This document shows, in pieces, positions 49,068-59,669 of a DNA stretch of 64,000 nucleotides. Position numbers and translations under genes: made by a program. Source of the DNA: Chloroflexota bacterium (GTDB lineage Bacteria > Chloroflexota > UBA11872 > VXOZ01); contig OY760183.1 of NCBI GenBank assembly GCA_963663275.1, positions 3,467,183 to 3,531,182 on the forward strand. The letters are read 5' to 3'. The stretch's first letter is position 1; each line of letters begins with the position of its first letter. Under the pieces are notes generated by a model. That model saw only the letters and a program-made list of their open reading frames with translations, was not told the DNA's origin and searched no databases.

Positions 49068-50250
49068 TTACGTTCGGGTGGGGGCGGCGCCGGGGGCGGT
49101 CCAGCGGTGGGTGGGCTGCTTCTGCCAGACGTCCTCGTCGATGTTGGTGTCGACGATGGGGTGGTCCGGGTCGCGGATGACGCCCAGCGGGTCCTCGCCG
49201 TGCGCGACACGCTCCATCTGCTCGAACATCGTGCGGCGCAGCAGGACGACGCCCCGGTCGGAGTACGAGAGGTGCTCGACGGAGCGGTCGGTGACGGGGC
49301 CCTGCGTCTCCCATGCCATGTGATCCTGCGAGAGCACGGAGCGGCGGTCGTACCACGCCTCCGGGTGGCTCTTGTCCGCAGGCTCCTTGTACGTCTCGAT
49401 GTACTCGACGGGTGGGTCCCACGTCGTCTCGTCCGGCTGGCCGTCCTCGTTCAGCCAGAAGTTGATGTGGACGTGCCAGGTGTGGGTGTCGTCAATCGGC
49501 GTGCGGAACTGCGTGCTCGGCCCCTGGCGGAGGATGGACGGGAAGAGGACGGGGTGCTCGTCCACGACGCCGTTGGTGTAGGTGCGCTTCTTCATCAAGC
49601 CGTAGCCGGTGAGGTAGAACTCGAACGAGTCCACGTCGTCGGTGAAGCCGCGCGTCGTGTTGACGGGCTCGCGCTGGCCGCGCGCGTAGTACTCCTGGTG
49701 GAGTATCTGGAGGTGCGCCGGGTCCATGGAGTTCTCCATGGCCTGGAACCAGTTGCAGTCCAGCACGGGGTGGGACGTTTATCTTGCGGCGTCCGTCCTC
49801 CCGCACGAGCGTGTCGAACGGGGTGAAGACGGGCGCGGGCCTCGGGCCCATGTACGCCCAGACGACGCCGAGGTAGACCTTGCAGTCGTAGGCGGGCTGC
49901 TTGACGGAGCGCATAATCGCCTCGTTCTTCTCGGGCGGCGTTTCGAGGATGTTGCCCTCGGTGTCGTAGAGCCAGCCGTGGTAGGCGCAGGCGATGCCGC
50001 GCTCCTCGACGCGCCCGTAGACGAGCGACGCGCTGCGGTGCGCGCAGTGGTCGGCGAGCAGCCCCCAGCGCCCGGACTTGTCGCGGAAGATGACGAGGTC
50101 CTCGCCGAGGATGCGGACAGCCTTCGTCGGGCGCTCGTCCGTGACCTCGGACGCGATGGCGATGGGGTGCCAGTAGCGCCGGAGCAGTTCGCCCGCGGGC
50201 GTGCCGGGGCCGACGCGCGTGAGTTTCTCGTTGTCCGCTTTCGTCAGCAT
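49068..50250 (-). CDS. Rieske non-heme iron oxygenase alpha subunit (phthalate dioxygenase-like; apparent extra C at ~49772)
   Basis: RRYWHP, CAHR...CAYHGW, then CNWFQAMENSMDPAH..ILH and QD..AWETQG in a shifted frame. Confidence 0.88.
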
Positions 50251-50273
50251 GACGCTCTTCCTCCCGTGCCGGG

Positions 50274-51644
50274 CTAGACGTTCTGGCCCACCATCTTGCG
50301 GCGCTCGATGGAGTCCGCGCCGCCCTCGATGCCGCGCTGGGTCAGGATCGGGCTGTACTTGCTCGCCATGCCCTGGCGCCGGATGCCCTTCTGTCCCTCC
50401 CCGCGCTCCTCGTACTGCTCGTTCCGGCGAGACTTGTGCTCCGTGTCCATGCCGAGGTAGACGTTGGACGCCGGGTCGCGGAACGTGTTGATGGGGTCGC
50501 CGCCGTCCTCGACGATGCGGATGTTCTCCTCCAGCATGCGGCGGAACATGATGATGCCCTTGTCCGAGCGCCCGAGCGACTCCTTGGTGCGGTCGGCTAT
50601 CGCGCCCTGCGTTATCCACGCGGCGACGTCCTGCGCGGAGTTGGAGTCGAGTATCTCGAAGCGGACACGCCCGTCCTCGGCGAGTTGGATGAGCGGCGGG
50701 AAGAAGAGCGGCACGTCCTCGTCGCGCTGCTCGGGGTCGTCCGCCGACAGCTTCGGGTGGCACATCACCCACCAGTGGCCGGTGTGCGTGTCGTCCAGCG
50801 GCACGCGGATCTGGAACGACGGGCCGACGCCTGCGCCCATGCCGCCCCCGCGCCTGCCGTCCCACGTGTCGATCGCGGTGCCGCTGCCGCCCTGGCGGAG
50901 GAAGTAGGGGAAGACGATGGGGTGGCCCTGCGCCCACTCGCCGTCCTCGTAGCTGCCGCCCTTGACGAGCCTGCGCTTGTAGATGCCGTACTGGAACTTG
51001 TCGAAGCCGATGCGCTCGTTCTCGTAGCGCTTGCGGACCTTGTCGCCCTCGCCGCGCATCTCCAGGATGTAGTTCGCCCACTCGCCGTGCAGCCACTCGG
51101 AGTGGACGGGGTCGAGTGAGTTCTCCTGGCACTGGAGCCAGTTGCTCGGCAGTTCCGTGTATCCGATGTCCCGCACGACGTTGTCGAGCGCGAACACGTC
51201 CCAGTTGGGGAGGAGCGGCACGGGGGCCGGGCCGAGGTAGGCGAAGATGAGGCCGGCCTTCACCTCCAGCGGGTACGCCTTGATGCGCACCTTGTCCTTG
51301 AAGCGGTTGTCCGGGGCCTCGGTCTCCTCGTAGGGCTGTTCGAGGCAGCGGCCCGTCTCGTCGAACATCCAGCCGTGGTAGGGGCAGCGGATGCCGTCGT
51401 CGGTGGGAATGCCGTAGACCATGCCCATGCGGCGGTGGGGGCAGTAGTTGTCCACGAGGCCGAAGACGCCCTGGTTGCTCTTGTAGAGGATGAGGTCCTC
51501 GCCGAGCAGTTTGATGGGCTTGGTCGAACGGTCATTCATCATGGCGACGGCGGCGATGGGGTGCCAGTAGCGGCGCATCAGTTCGCCGGTCGGCGTGCCG
51601 GGACCTACTCTCGTCAGGCGGTCGTTCTGTTCAGCGGTCAGCAT
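50274..51644 (-). CDS. Rieske non-heme iron oxygenase alpha subunit (paralogue)
   Basis: CPHR...CPYHGW, NWLQCQENSLDPVHSEWLH and QDVAAWITQG. Confidence 0.92.
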   Translation of the reverse strand: MLTAEQNDRLTRVGPGTPTGELMRRYWHPIAAVAMMNDRSTKPIKLLGEDLILYKSNQGVFGLVDNYCPHRRMGMVYGIPTDDGIRCPYHGWMFDETGRCLEQPYEETEAPDNRFKDKVRIKAYPLEVKAGLIFAYLGPAPVPLLPNWDVFALDNVVRDIGYTELPSNWLQCQENSLDPVHSEWLHGEWANYILEMRGEGDKVRKRYENERIGFDKFQYGIYKRRLVKGGSYEDGEWAQGHPIVFPYFLRQGGSGTAIDTWDGRRGGGMGAGVGPSFQIRVPLDDTHTGHWWVMCHPKLSADDPEQRDEDVPLFFPPLIQLAEDGRVRFEILDSNSAQDVAAWITQGAIADRTKESLGRSDKGIIMFRRMLEENIRIVEDGGDPINTFRDPASNVYLGMDTEHKSRRNEQYEERGEGQKGIRRQGMASKYSPILTQRGIEGGADSIERRKMVGQNV

Positions 51645-51677
51645 CAGCGTTCCTCCCTCGGGTTGCTGTCTTTCTGC

Positions 51678-52772
51678 TTATCCTGCGGTACCGGCGAGAA
51701 CGGGGGACTCCACGGTGATGCCGTAGAAGTCCAGGGCGTTCTGCCCCATGATGTCGTCGATCACGTTCGGCGCGAGGCCGCCCTCCTCCTTGATGATGCG
51801 CATCGCCTCGATCTCGCTCGACTGGTCCTGGTGGCCGTAGTCGGTGCCGATGAGGATGTGGCGGTGGTTCACGTACTTGAGCACGTCGGGGAGGTTGTCG
51901 TCGGTCTGGGCGGTGACCCAGATGTTGTACGCGCCGAGCACATCCTCCTCCAACTCGCGGCCCCGCGTCTCCAGCCTGCGGCGCAGGTCGTGGATGGCGT
52001 AGGGCAGCCACTGGCTGCTCGCCTCGATGTAGCCCCAGCGCAGGTCCGGGAACTTCTTGGGCGTGGCGGTGGTGACGAGCTGGTGGAAGCTGGCGACGGA
52101 CATGAGGCGCAGACCGCCGAACGTGCCGCCGATGCCGTCCTTCGCCATGAGGCCGCGGATGTAGGCGTTGGAGTTGCCGATGTGGATGGCGATGGGCTGG
52201 TTCAGCCGCGAGGCCTCCTCGTAGACGGGGTAGAAGTACTCGTCTATCAGCAGCCGCTCGTCCTCGATGGTGCGCATCGTGACGCCGCAGGCGCCGTGCT
52301 CCGCAGACCAGCGCAACTGCTCCAGCGCCTCGTCCATCGTGGCGAGCGGGAGGATGGACGTCCACCGGAGGCGCCCGTTGCTCTGCTGCCAGATGTCGGC
52401 GAGCCAGCGGTTGTAGCTCTTGGCGAGGGCGACCTCGGTGTCCGGGTTCTCGCACATGCGCCCGATGTACATGGTGGGGTAGAGCACCTGCACGTCTATG
52501 CCGAGTTCGTCCATGTGGGCGACGCGTCCGGGGATGTCCTCCATGTAGCGCTTGGAGTCGTCCGTCACCATGTTGCGCTTCACCTTGTCGGAGAGGCCGA
52601 AAGCGGCGACGGGCCCGCGCGCGCGGCCGCGTATCTCGCCGTCTATCTTCCAGAACTTGGCGCCGGTGCCGTCGTCCACCACCTGCGGGCGGTGCTTCTC
52701 ATCGCCGGGGTCCATGTAGTCCCAGGTCTGCTCCGTCTCGACCACGTGCGCGTCAGAGTCGATAACCGGCAT
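51678..52772 (-). CDS. Amidohydrolase_2 family protein
   Basis: IDSDAHVVE, GIDVQVLYPT, YNRWLAD and GTDYGH. Confidence 0.9.
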   Translation of the reverse strand: MPVIDSDAHVVETEQTWDYMDPGDEKHRPQVVDDGTGAKFWKIDGEIRGRARGPVAAFGLSDKVKRNMVTDDSKRYMEDIPGRVAHMDELGIDVQVLYPTMYIGRMCENPDTEVALAKSYNRWLADIWQQSNGRLRWTSILPLATMDEALEQLRWSAEHGACGVTMRTIEDERLLIDEYFYPVYEEASRLNQPIAIHIGNSNAYIRGLMAKDGIGGTFGGLRLMSVASFHQLVTTATPKKFPDLRWGYIEASSQWLPYAIHDLRRRLETRGRELEEDVLGAYNIWVTAQTDDNLPDVLKYVNHRHILIGTDYGHQDQSSEIEAMRIIKEEGGLAPNVIDDIMGQNALDFYGITVESPVLAGTAG

Positions 52773-52940
52773 GGCTGCCCTCCTTGCCGCTCCCGTTTCC
52801 GGCGTCCGCTCCGGAGCGGATGCGCATAGTTCGACAAGTGGGACGCTAGCACCGCGCGGACTGAGTGTCAAAGCGTTGCATGCGTACGCGCGGGCGCTTC
52901 GGCCTACAATGCGCGCATCAGCGACACGGGAGGCTACGCC

Positions 52941-53528
52941 ATGCTCGAACTGCCCGCACGGGAGACGCTTGCTTACGTCTGCCACGACATGCAGAACGAC
53001 TACCTGAAGGAGGGAGGGCGGACGCCCGAGGCGGGCCGCAATCCCCGCGCGCCGCAGCTCATCGAGAACCACGTCCGCCTGCTGGCGGCGGCGCGCGCCG
53101 CCGGGCTGCCGGTGTTCTTCACCGGCCACTTCCTCCGCGAGGACTACCTGGACGCCGCAAGGCACGGGCGCGCCCGTTCGCTCGGCTCGCTGCGGGACGG
53201 CACGTGGGGCGCGGACGTGATCGACGAACTCGCGCCGCTGCCCGGCGAGTTCCTCATCCGCAAGGGCGGCGGGATGAGCGCGTTCACGGGCACGGCGCTG
53301 GAGAAGTGGCTGCGGCGCCTCGGCGTGTCGACGCTCATCGTCGCGGGCATCGCCACGCAGGCGGGCGTCGAGAGCACGGTGCGGGACGCCCGGGAGCGGG
53401 ACTTCGACAACATCGTCGTGGGCGACGCGTGCGACGGGCGCACGGAGAACCACGAGGCGTCGCTGCTCAACATGGGCACGTTCTCGCAGGTGGTCTCGAC
53501 GGAGGATGTTGTGGCGGCGCTGGCCTGA
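52941..53528 (+). CDS. Isochorismatase-family hydrolase
   Basis: DMQND, GTWGA, K...SAF.GT and GIATQAGVESTVRDA. Confidence 0.88.
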   Translation: MLELPARETLAYVCHDMQNDYLKEGGRTPEAGRNPRAPQLIENHVRLLAAARAAGLPVFFTGHFLREDYLDAARHGRARSLGSLRDGTWGADVIDELAPLPGEFLIRKGGGMSAFTGTALEKWLRRLGVSTLIVAGIATQAGVESTVRDARERDFDNIVVGDACDGRTENHEASLLNMGTFSQVVSTEDVVAALA

Positions 53529-53532
53529 GCCG

Positions 53533-54936
53533 TCACTCTTCGAGGCGGTTGATCCCGTTCAGCGCCGCCGTCACGTACGCCTCGGCCAGCGTCGGGTAGT
53601 TGATGACGGCCTCGATGAAGTAGTTGATCGTCCCGCCGAGCGCGACGACCGCCTGCCCGATCTGCACCAACTCCGCTGCGCCCTCGCCGGCGACGTGGAC
53701 GCCGAGCAGCACCTTCGTCTCGACGTGGAAGAGCAGCTTCAGCAGGCCGGTGTCGTCGCCCTGCATCACACCGCTTGCGATCTCCCGGTAGTGCGCCTTC
53801 CCGGTCTCGTAGGGGACGCCCTCTTCCGTGAGTTGCGACTCCGTCTTGCCCACCATCGCGACCTCGGGGATCGTCTTGACCGCGTAGGGGAAGAGGCCGG
53901 GGAAGCTGTTGGTGGGGACGCCGAACGCGTGGCACGCGGCCAGGCGGCCCTGCATCTGGGACGTGGCCACGAGGTCGGGAAAGCCGATGACGCCTCCCAC
54001 CGCGTAGATGCTCTCCACGCTCGTCCGGTAGTGCTCGTCCACGCTCAGGCGGCCCCGGCTGTCCGCCTGCAGCCCGGCGGCCTCCAGGTTGAGCGACTCC
54101 GTAGCGCCGGTGCGCCCGACGCAGTACATCACCGCGTCGCTCAGCAGTTGCGCGCCGCTCTTCAGGAGGACGCGCACGTGGTCGCCGCGCTCGCCGCGCA
54201 GGTACTCGATGTCGAACACGTCCTCGTTCATGCGGAACGTCACGCCGTTCTGCTCCATCTGGCGGACGAGGGTGTCCACGATCTCGTCGTCCGCGAACGG
54301 GAGCAGACGCCCGCTCCTGTCCACGAGCGTGACCTGCACGCCCAGCGCGGCGAAGGTGCAGGAGTACTCAAGGCCGATCGCGCCGCCGCCCACGATGGTC
54401 AGCGTGTCCGGCAGGGACGGCAGGTCCAGCACGTCGTCGCTCACGAAGATCAGCCGCCCGTCCGTGTGGATCGTGGGAGGTTCCGTGGAGTAGGTCCCCA
54501 CCGCGATGACGACCGTTCCGGCGGTGATCGCGCCGCCGGGGGCGCCGTCGCCGTAGCGCAGGTTCAGCGTGTGCCGGTCGGCGAAGGACGCTTCCGCGTT
54601 GACGATCTCCGCCCCGTTCCGGGTGAGTTGGTCGCGGAGCACGTCCGCCTGCTGGCGCATCACGTGGCCGGTGCTCACCATGAGGTCGCTCATGGTGACG
54701 CGCTCCTTGACGGTGTAGCCCTCGCCGTAGAGGCTGCGCTCCCTGAAACCGGTCAGGTCCAGCGCCGCCTCCCGCACCGCCTTGCTCGCCGTTCCCGTGG
54801 TCACGTTGATTCCGCCGACGTGCGGCAGGCGTTCGACGACGGCCACGCGCTTCCCCAGCTTCGCAGCCTGGATCGCAGCCCGGTGGCCCGCCGGTCCCGA
54901 CCCGATGACCACCATGTCGTAGTCGTAGTCAGTCAT
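53533..54936 (-). CDS. sthA: Soluble pyridine nucleotide transhydrogenase
   Basis: GSGPAG..AAIQAAKLGK, GGGAIGLEY and NYPTLAEAY..AALN. Confidence 0.85.
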   Translation of the reverse strand: MTDYDYDMVVIGSGPAGHRAAIQAAKLGKRVAVVERLPHVGGINVTTGTASKAVREAALDLTGFRERSLYGEGYTVKERVTMSDLMVSTGHVMRQQADVLRDQLTRNGAEIVNAEASFADRHTLNLRYGDGAPGGAITAGTVVIAVGTYSTEPPTIHTDGRLIFVSDDVLDLPSLPDTLTIVGGGAIGLEYSCTFAALGVQVTLVDRSGRLLPFADDEIVDTLVRQMEQNGVTFRMNEDVFDIEYLRGERGDHVRVLLKSGAQLLSDAVMYCVGRTGATESLNLEAAGLQADSRGRLSVDEHYRTSVESIYAVGGVIGFPDLVATSQMQGRLAACHAFGVPTNSFPGLFPYAVKTIPEVAMVGKTESQLTEEGVPYETGKAHYREIASGVMQGDDTGLLKLLFHVETKVLLGVHVAGEGAAELVQIGQAVVALGGTINYFIEAVINYPTLAEAYVTAALNGINRLEE

Positions 54937-54968
54937 TGCGGCAATCGTGTATCAGCACACGGGTTGCG

Positions 54969-56189
54969 TCAAGCGCGCTCCCCGAACGTACGCTCCTCGC
55001 CGGGGACGAACCAGCGGTAGAGCATGGGGAACAGCACGCCTGCGAACAGGAAGACCGTCCCCGCGGCCCACAGGCTCGCCTGGAGACTCACCGCGCCTGC
55101 CAGCGCACCGAACCCGACCGGGACGACGAGCTGGGCCGTTCCCCAGTACAACCCCACGTACGCCATCGCCATCCCGCGCTGGGTCGCGGCGCTGTGGTCG
55201 GAGCCCGATATGGGATAGAGGATGCTGAGCGACGCCCTGAACAGTCCGTAGAGCAGCATGAGCGGCACGAGCGTTGCGTACATGCCGGCGCCCACCGACA
55301 GGGCGAGCACGGTCAGCCCCGACATCAGCATCGCTGCCGTGTACGTCCAGCGCCGCCCCAGCCGCCCCAGGACGTAGCCGAACACGATGCCGATGGCGAT
55401 GCTGCTCCCGACGCTGACTGCCTGCATCCCGCCGGTTACCGCCTCGCTGTAGTCGAGTTCGCGGAGGTACGGGATGAAGAGGACGCTCGGCAGGATCATG
55501 GCGGTCGAGGCGGCGAACGCCGCGAACCCGGCGAGGCCCATGCCGCGGTGCCGGGCGATGCCGGGGATCTGGCCGAGCGGCTCGCGGAAGCCGCGCCGCG
55601 CGGGCCGGGCAGTGAGCGGCGGCAGCGCGAGGCTGCCCAGGAACCCGGCGAGGGCTATCGCGCCCGTGATGCTGAACGCCGCGCCGTAGCCCAGCGTCGC
55701 TACGAGCACGCCGCTGAGGAACGCGCCGATGAGCCCGCCCGCGTTGCCGGAGCCGTTGAGGCGCCCGTAGACCTCGCCGGAGCGCTCGGGATTGATGCGG
55801 CTCACGTACGACTGCGTCGCCGTCCAGTACGTCGCCCGCGAGTAGCCGACGAACGACTGCGCGAGGATGAGCATCCAGAAGACGCCGGAGAGGACGAAGA
55901 GGACCATGCCGGCGACCATCGTCACGAAGCTCGCCCAGAGGACCCATCGCTCGCCGAACTGGTCGGCTATCGCGCCCGCGAACAATCGCAGCATCAGCCC
56001 GAACACGGCCTGCGACGCCACGATGACGCCGAGCAGCGTGAGGTCGTAGCCGAGGTGCAGCGCGTACAGCGGCACGAGCACCTGGATGAGCCCCAGCGTC
56101 AACTGGTAGGAGAAGGCGGCGGTGTAGATCAGCAGGATGGCGCGGAACTCGGTGCGCTGGTCCAGCTGCCCCTGCCCCTGGGCGCTCAT
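54969..56189 (-). CDS. MFS transporter
   Basis: GAIADQFGER motif A; about 12 TM segments. Confidence 0.9.
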   Translation of the reverse strand: MSAQGQGQLDQRTEFRAILLIYTAAFSYQLTLGLIQVLVPLYALHLGYDLTLLGVIVASQAVFGLMLRLFAGAIADQFGERWVLWASFVTMVAGMVLFVLSGVFWMLILAQSFVGYSRATYWTATQSYVSRINPERSGEVYGRLNGSGNAGGLIGAFLSGVLVATLGYGAAFSITGAIALAGFLGSLALPPLTARPARRGFREPLGQIPGIARHRGMGLAGFAAFAASTAMILPSVLFIPYLRELDYSEAVTGGMQAVSVGSSIAIGIVFGYVLGRLGRRWTYTAAMLMSGLTVLALSVGAGMYATLVPLMLLYGLFRASLSILYPISGSDHSAATQRGMAMAYVGLYWGTAQLVVPVGFGALAGAVSLQASLWAAGTVFLFAGVLFPMLYRWFVPGEERTFGERA

Positions 56190-57322
56190 GCGGAGAAGCG
56201 GCCCGGCGCGTGAGGCGCGAGGTCGAGCGCGGCCCCGCCTCCGGTGATGAGGTCCGCCGTCGCCTTGCCCATGCCCGGCCCCATCATGATGCCCTGGCGC
56301 TCGCCGCCGGTGGCGACGTACGCGCCGTCCGTGCCCGGGACCGGGCCGAGCGTGACCGCGCCGTCCGGCGTGACGGGGCGCAGGCAGGCCGTCTGCAGCA
56401 CGAGTTCCGCGTCCTCCAGCGAGGGCAGCATCCGCAGCGTGGACTCGATGACGGCGTCGCGCGCCTCGGTCGTGCGGGACTCGTCGAAACCGGCGTGCTC
56501 CTCCGTGGTGCCGCACCAGACGAGGCCGTCCGACGGCTTGGTCATGGCGTAGTTGCCGAGGTGGCCGATGCTCAGCGCGTAGGGCGCGCCGCCGGCCCGC
56601 AGGCGGATGATCTGCCCCTTGAGCGGATGCACCGGAAGGGGCACGCCGAACCACTCCGACGCTCGCTCGGTCCACGGCCCCATCGCGACGACGACCGTGT
56701 CGCAGGCGATGCGCTCCGCGTTCCCCGCGCCGGTCGCGATGCTGACGCCCTCGACGCGCCCGCCGCTCGCGTGGACGGCGGTGACCTCGCCTGTGCGGAG
56801 CGTCGCCCCGCGCTGCTCGGCGGCCTGCCCCAGCGCCAGCGTCAGCCGGTACGGCTCGATGTCCGACGAGCCTTCGACGTGGAGCGCGCCGACGGTCTCC
56901 GGCGAGATGCGCGGCTCCAGCGCGCGTGCCTCGTCAGGCGTCAGCCACTCAACGGCGTAGCCCGGCAGCGTCCGTTGCCAGTCGAGGTGCTGCGTGAGCG
57001 CGGCGGCCTCGTCGTCGGAGAGGGCGAGCCGCAGCAGCGGGCGCGGCTGGTACTGGATGTCGACGTCCGTCTCCGTGCCGAGCGCCTCGGCGAGGGCGGG
57101 GTAGAGGCCCATGCTGTACTCGATGAGCGGCGTATTGACGTGCGGGCCGCTCGTGACGCCGCCGGAGAGCCCGCCGTAGGCGAACCCGGATGCGTGGCTC
57201 GCGATGCCGTCTCGCTCGATGACCGTGCTCCGCACGCCCATCGCCGCCAGGTAGTACGCCGTCGCGATGCCGGCGATCCCCCCGCCTACGATGACGACGT
57301 TCCGCTCTCCCGTGGTGGTCAT
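56186..57322 (-). CDS. FAD-dependent amino acid oxidase (ThiO/DAO family)
   Basis: GGGIAG..TAYYLA, P.KGQ, LRPVTPDG and ATG. Confidence 0.88.
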   Translation of the reverse strand: MTTTGERNVVIVGGGIAGIATAYYLAAMGVRSTVIERDGIASHASGFAYGGLSGGVTSGPHVNTPLIEYSMGLYPALAEALGTETDVDIQYQPRPLLRLALSDDEAAALTQHLDWQRTLPGYAVEWLTPDEARALEPRISPETVGALHVEGSSDIEPYRLTLALGQAAEQRGATLRTGEVTAVHASGGRVEGVSIATGAGNAERIACDTVVVAMGPWTERASEWFGVPLPVHPLKGQIIRLRAGGAPYALSIGHLGNYAMTKPSDGLVWCGTTEEHAGFDESRTTEARDAVIESTLRMLPSLEDAELVLQTACLRPVTPDGAVTLGPVPGTDGAYVATGGERQGIMMGPGMGKATADLITGGGAALDLAPHAPGRFSA

Positions 57323-57399
57323 AGATGCCTCTCTCCCGTCATCCCGTGCCCTTCCCGTCGTTCCCGCGCAGGCGGGAATCGCGCAGCCTGGGGGTGAGG

Positions 57400-58014
57400 C
57401 TACGGAGTGAGCGATGCGGCGATGCGTCCGAGTCCTTCCTCGAACTGTTCCTTACCGCTGTGCATCGGATGCCGGATGGCCTCGTGGTGCAGGCCCAGGT
57501 CCTTGCAGGCCTCCTCAGCGCTCTTCCCTACGGCGACCACCAGCGCGTCAGGGTATATGTCGATCAACCTGAGCACCCATTCGCGCCCGTACCTGCGCTC
57601 CGCGACGCGAGGAGCCTTGTTTCCCCGCGGCCAGAACGGGACCTCGTTCCACGTCATGGGCAGAGGATGGTCCCCCATCCGGCGGGCCACCACTTCCCAG
57701 ACCATGGTCGCGGCGGGTTCCGGCGAGACCCGCATTCCTCGATACCCCGCACGCATGCCGAACGCGCGCCACGGGTCGCCGCCCTTAGGCCCCCTCATCA
57801 GGACGTCAGGCGAGACAAACGGCACCCCGGTGAGGGCGGCGCCATGGCTCCCCGGGGCTTCGCCCAGCAGCAGCACGGAAGGGGGTGCATGATCGGGACG
57901 CTGCAACCAGCGAGTGAGGTTCTCACGCTTGGCCGGATACTGGTAGATGTTGATCAGGCCACCCTGCGGCTGGGCACGCGCCAGCGAATCGACGAACTGT
58001 TTGATCTTGTCCAA
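57400..58014 (-). CDS. Uracil-DNA glycosylase superfamily protein
   Basis: LLLGEAPG..G...TGVPF, WN..PF and IRHP. Confidence 0.82.
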   Translation of the reverse strand: MDKIKQFVDSLARAQPQGGLINIYQYPAKRENLTRWLQRPDHAPPSVLLLGEAPGSHGAALTGVPFVSPDVLMRGPKGGDPWRAFGMRAGYRGMRVSPEPAATMVWEVVARRMGDHPLPMTWNEVPFWPRGNKAPRVAERRYGREWVLRLIDIYPDALVVAVGKSAEEACKDLGLHHEAIRHPMHSGKEQFEEGLGRIAASLTP

Positions 58015-58017
58015 TGT

Positions 58018-58767
58018 TCACACCTTATAGCCGCCCACGAGGGCGAGAGTCAGGTTCTTCCAGAAGCACTCCACGTGGGTGAAGCCGGCGGCGCGCAGCC
58101 ACTCGAGGTGACGCGCGAGCGTGGCGTTGCGGTGGTGGTGCATCGCGTCGTGGGCGATCTGCTCCTGCGTGCGGCGCTCCTCGCGGGGCGGACGGTCCTC
58201 GTCGCGCTTGCGCGCCCCGCGCATGGCGTTGCGCAGGAAGTCGGACTCCGGCGACGCGGTGTCGAGGTTGAAGAACGCGCCGCCCGGGTTGAGCGCGCCG
58301 TGGACGCTCGCGTAGAGGCTCGCCATCAGCTCGGCGGGCAGGTGATGGATGGCGCGCGCCGAGACGACGAGGTCGTACGGCCCGGACTCGACGACGTCCG
58401 GCGGCAGGACACCGTCGGCGAAGTCGCCGTGCACGTAGGCGAAGCGCTCGCCGAACCGGGCCATGCGCGGCCTGCCCGCCTCCATCATCGCCTCCGACAC
58501 GTCGAGGCCGACCGCCGTGGCGTTCGGGAAGGCGTCGAGGCACGCCGTCGCGACGGGGCCGTAGCCCGTGCCGACGTCGAGGATGCGGAGCGGCGCGTCC
58601 GGCTCGGCCTGCACGAGGCGCGTCAGCAGGTCGAAGACGGGCTGCCGCTCGTCCTGCTGTTCGTCCATGCGCTCGACGTAGTCGGCGACGCGGTCCTCCT
58701 CGCGCCACGAGTGGCCCCACCGGAGTTCCTCGTGCTCGCCGTGACCGCGGTGCTCTTGTGTCGTCAT
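58018..58767 (-). CDS. Class I SAM-dependent methyltransferase
   Basis: ILDVGTGYG, GLDVSEAM, YDLVVS..AIHHL and LNPGG. Confidence 0.9.
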   Translation of the reverse strand: MTTQEHRGHGEHEELRWGHSWREEDRVADYVERMDEQQDERQPVFDLLTRLVQAEPDAPLRILDVGTGYGPVATACLDAFPNATAVGLDVSEAMMEAGRPRMARFGERFAYVHGDFADGVLPPDVVESGPYDLVVSARAIHHLPAELMASLYASVHGALNPGGAFFNLDTASPESDFLRNAMRGARKRDEDRPPREERRTQEQIAHDAMHHHRNATLARHLEWLRAAGFTHVECFWKNLTLALVGGYKV

Positions 58768-58916
58768 GGCGTCTCCTTCCCCGGGCGCCCACGAGGGGCA
58801 CCCCTACATTCCACTCCAGTTATGCGGGCCCCTCACCCGCCGCTGCGCGGCGACCTTTCCCACAGGGAGAGGTTTGTTTGTCCCCTCTCCCCCTGGGAGA
58901 GGGTTAGGGTGAGGGG

Positions 58917-59669
58917 TTAGCCGGACTGGCGCATGGCGAGGTTGCCGCCGTCGACCGGCAGGTCCGCGCCGGTGATGAAGTCCGCGTTGTCGGAGACGAG
59001 GAAGAGCACGGCCTGCGCCTGGTCGCGGGGTCTGCCCCAGCGTCCGCGCGGCACGCTCGCGGGCACCTCGTCGTCAGGGCGCGCGGGCTTGCCGCCCACC
59101 GGCATGCCGGTCTGCGTGGGCGTGAGGGAGTTGACGCGGATGTTGTGCGGCGCGAGCTCCATCGCGCAGGCGCGCGTGAAGTTGAGGATGCCGGCCTTGG
59201 CCGACTGGTACGCGATCGCGCCGCTCTTGCCCCGGTGGCCGGAGGTGGAGGCGACGTTGACGATCGCGCCGCCGGTGCCCTGCGCCACCATCTGCCGCGC
59301 GACGTGCTGCGTGCAGTTGAACGTCCCCGCCAGGATCACGTCCACGATCTTGCGGAACGTGCCGAGGTCCTCGTCGAGCAGGCCGGGCGTGCTCGTGATG
59401 GCCGCGTTGTTCACGAGGATGTCCACGTGGCCGTAGGCCGCGAGCGCCTGGGCAACGAGGTTCTCCATGTCCTCCGGCTTCGTGATGTCGCCGTCGACGG
59501 CGATGGCCTCGTAGCCCCGGTCGACGACCTCGCGCGCGGTGGCCTCGGCAGCATCGCGCCGTATGTCCAGGCAGACGACGCTCGCGCCGTTGGCGGCGAG
59601 CGTCCCCGCTATCTCGCGTCCGATGTTCGGGCCCGCGCCCGATACGATGGCAACCTTTCCTTCCAGCAT
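58917..59669 (-). CDS. SDR family oxidoreductase
   Basis: SGAGPNIG, NNA, YQSAK and VDGG. Confidence 0.92.
   Translation of the reverse strand: MLEGKVAIVSGAGPNIGREIAGTLAANGASVVCLDIRRDAAEATAREVVDRGYEAIAVDGDITKPEDMENLVAQALAAYGHVDILVNNAAITSTPGLLDEDLGTFRKIVDVILAGTFNCTQHVARQMVAQGTGGAIVNVASTSGHRGKSGAIAYQSAKAGILNFTRACAMELAPHNIRVNSLTPTQTGMPVGGKPARPDDEVPASVPRGRWGRPRDQAQAVLFLVSDNADFITGADLPVDGGNLAMRQSG

Noticed and set aside
53533-54936. sthA lacks the usual Cys in the GGxCxxxGTxPSK segment
   Set aside because: The rest of the protein is typical and the significance cannot be judged without an alignment.
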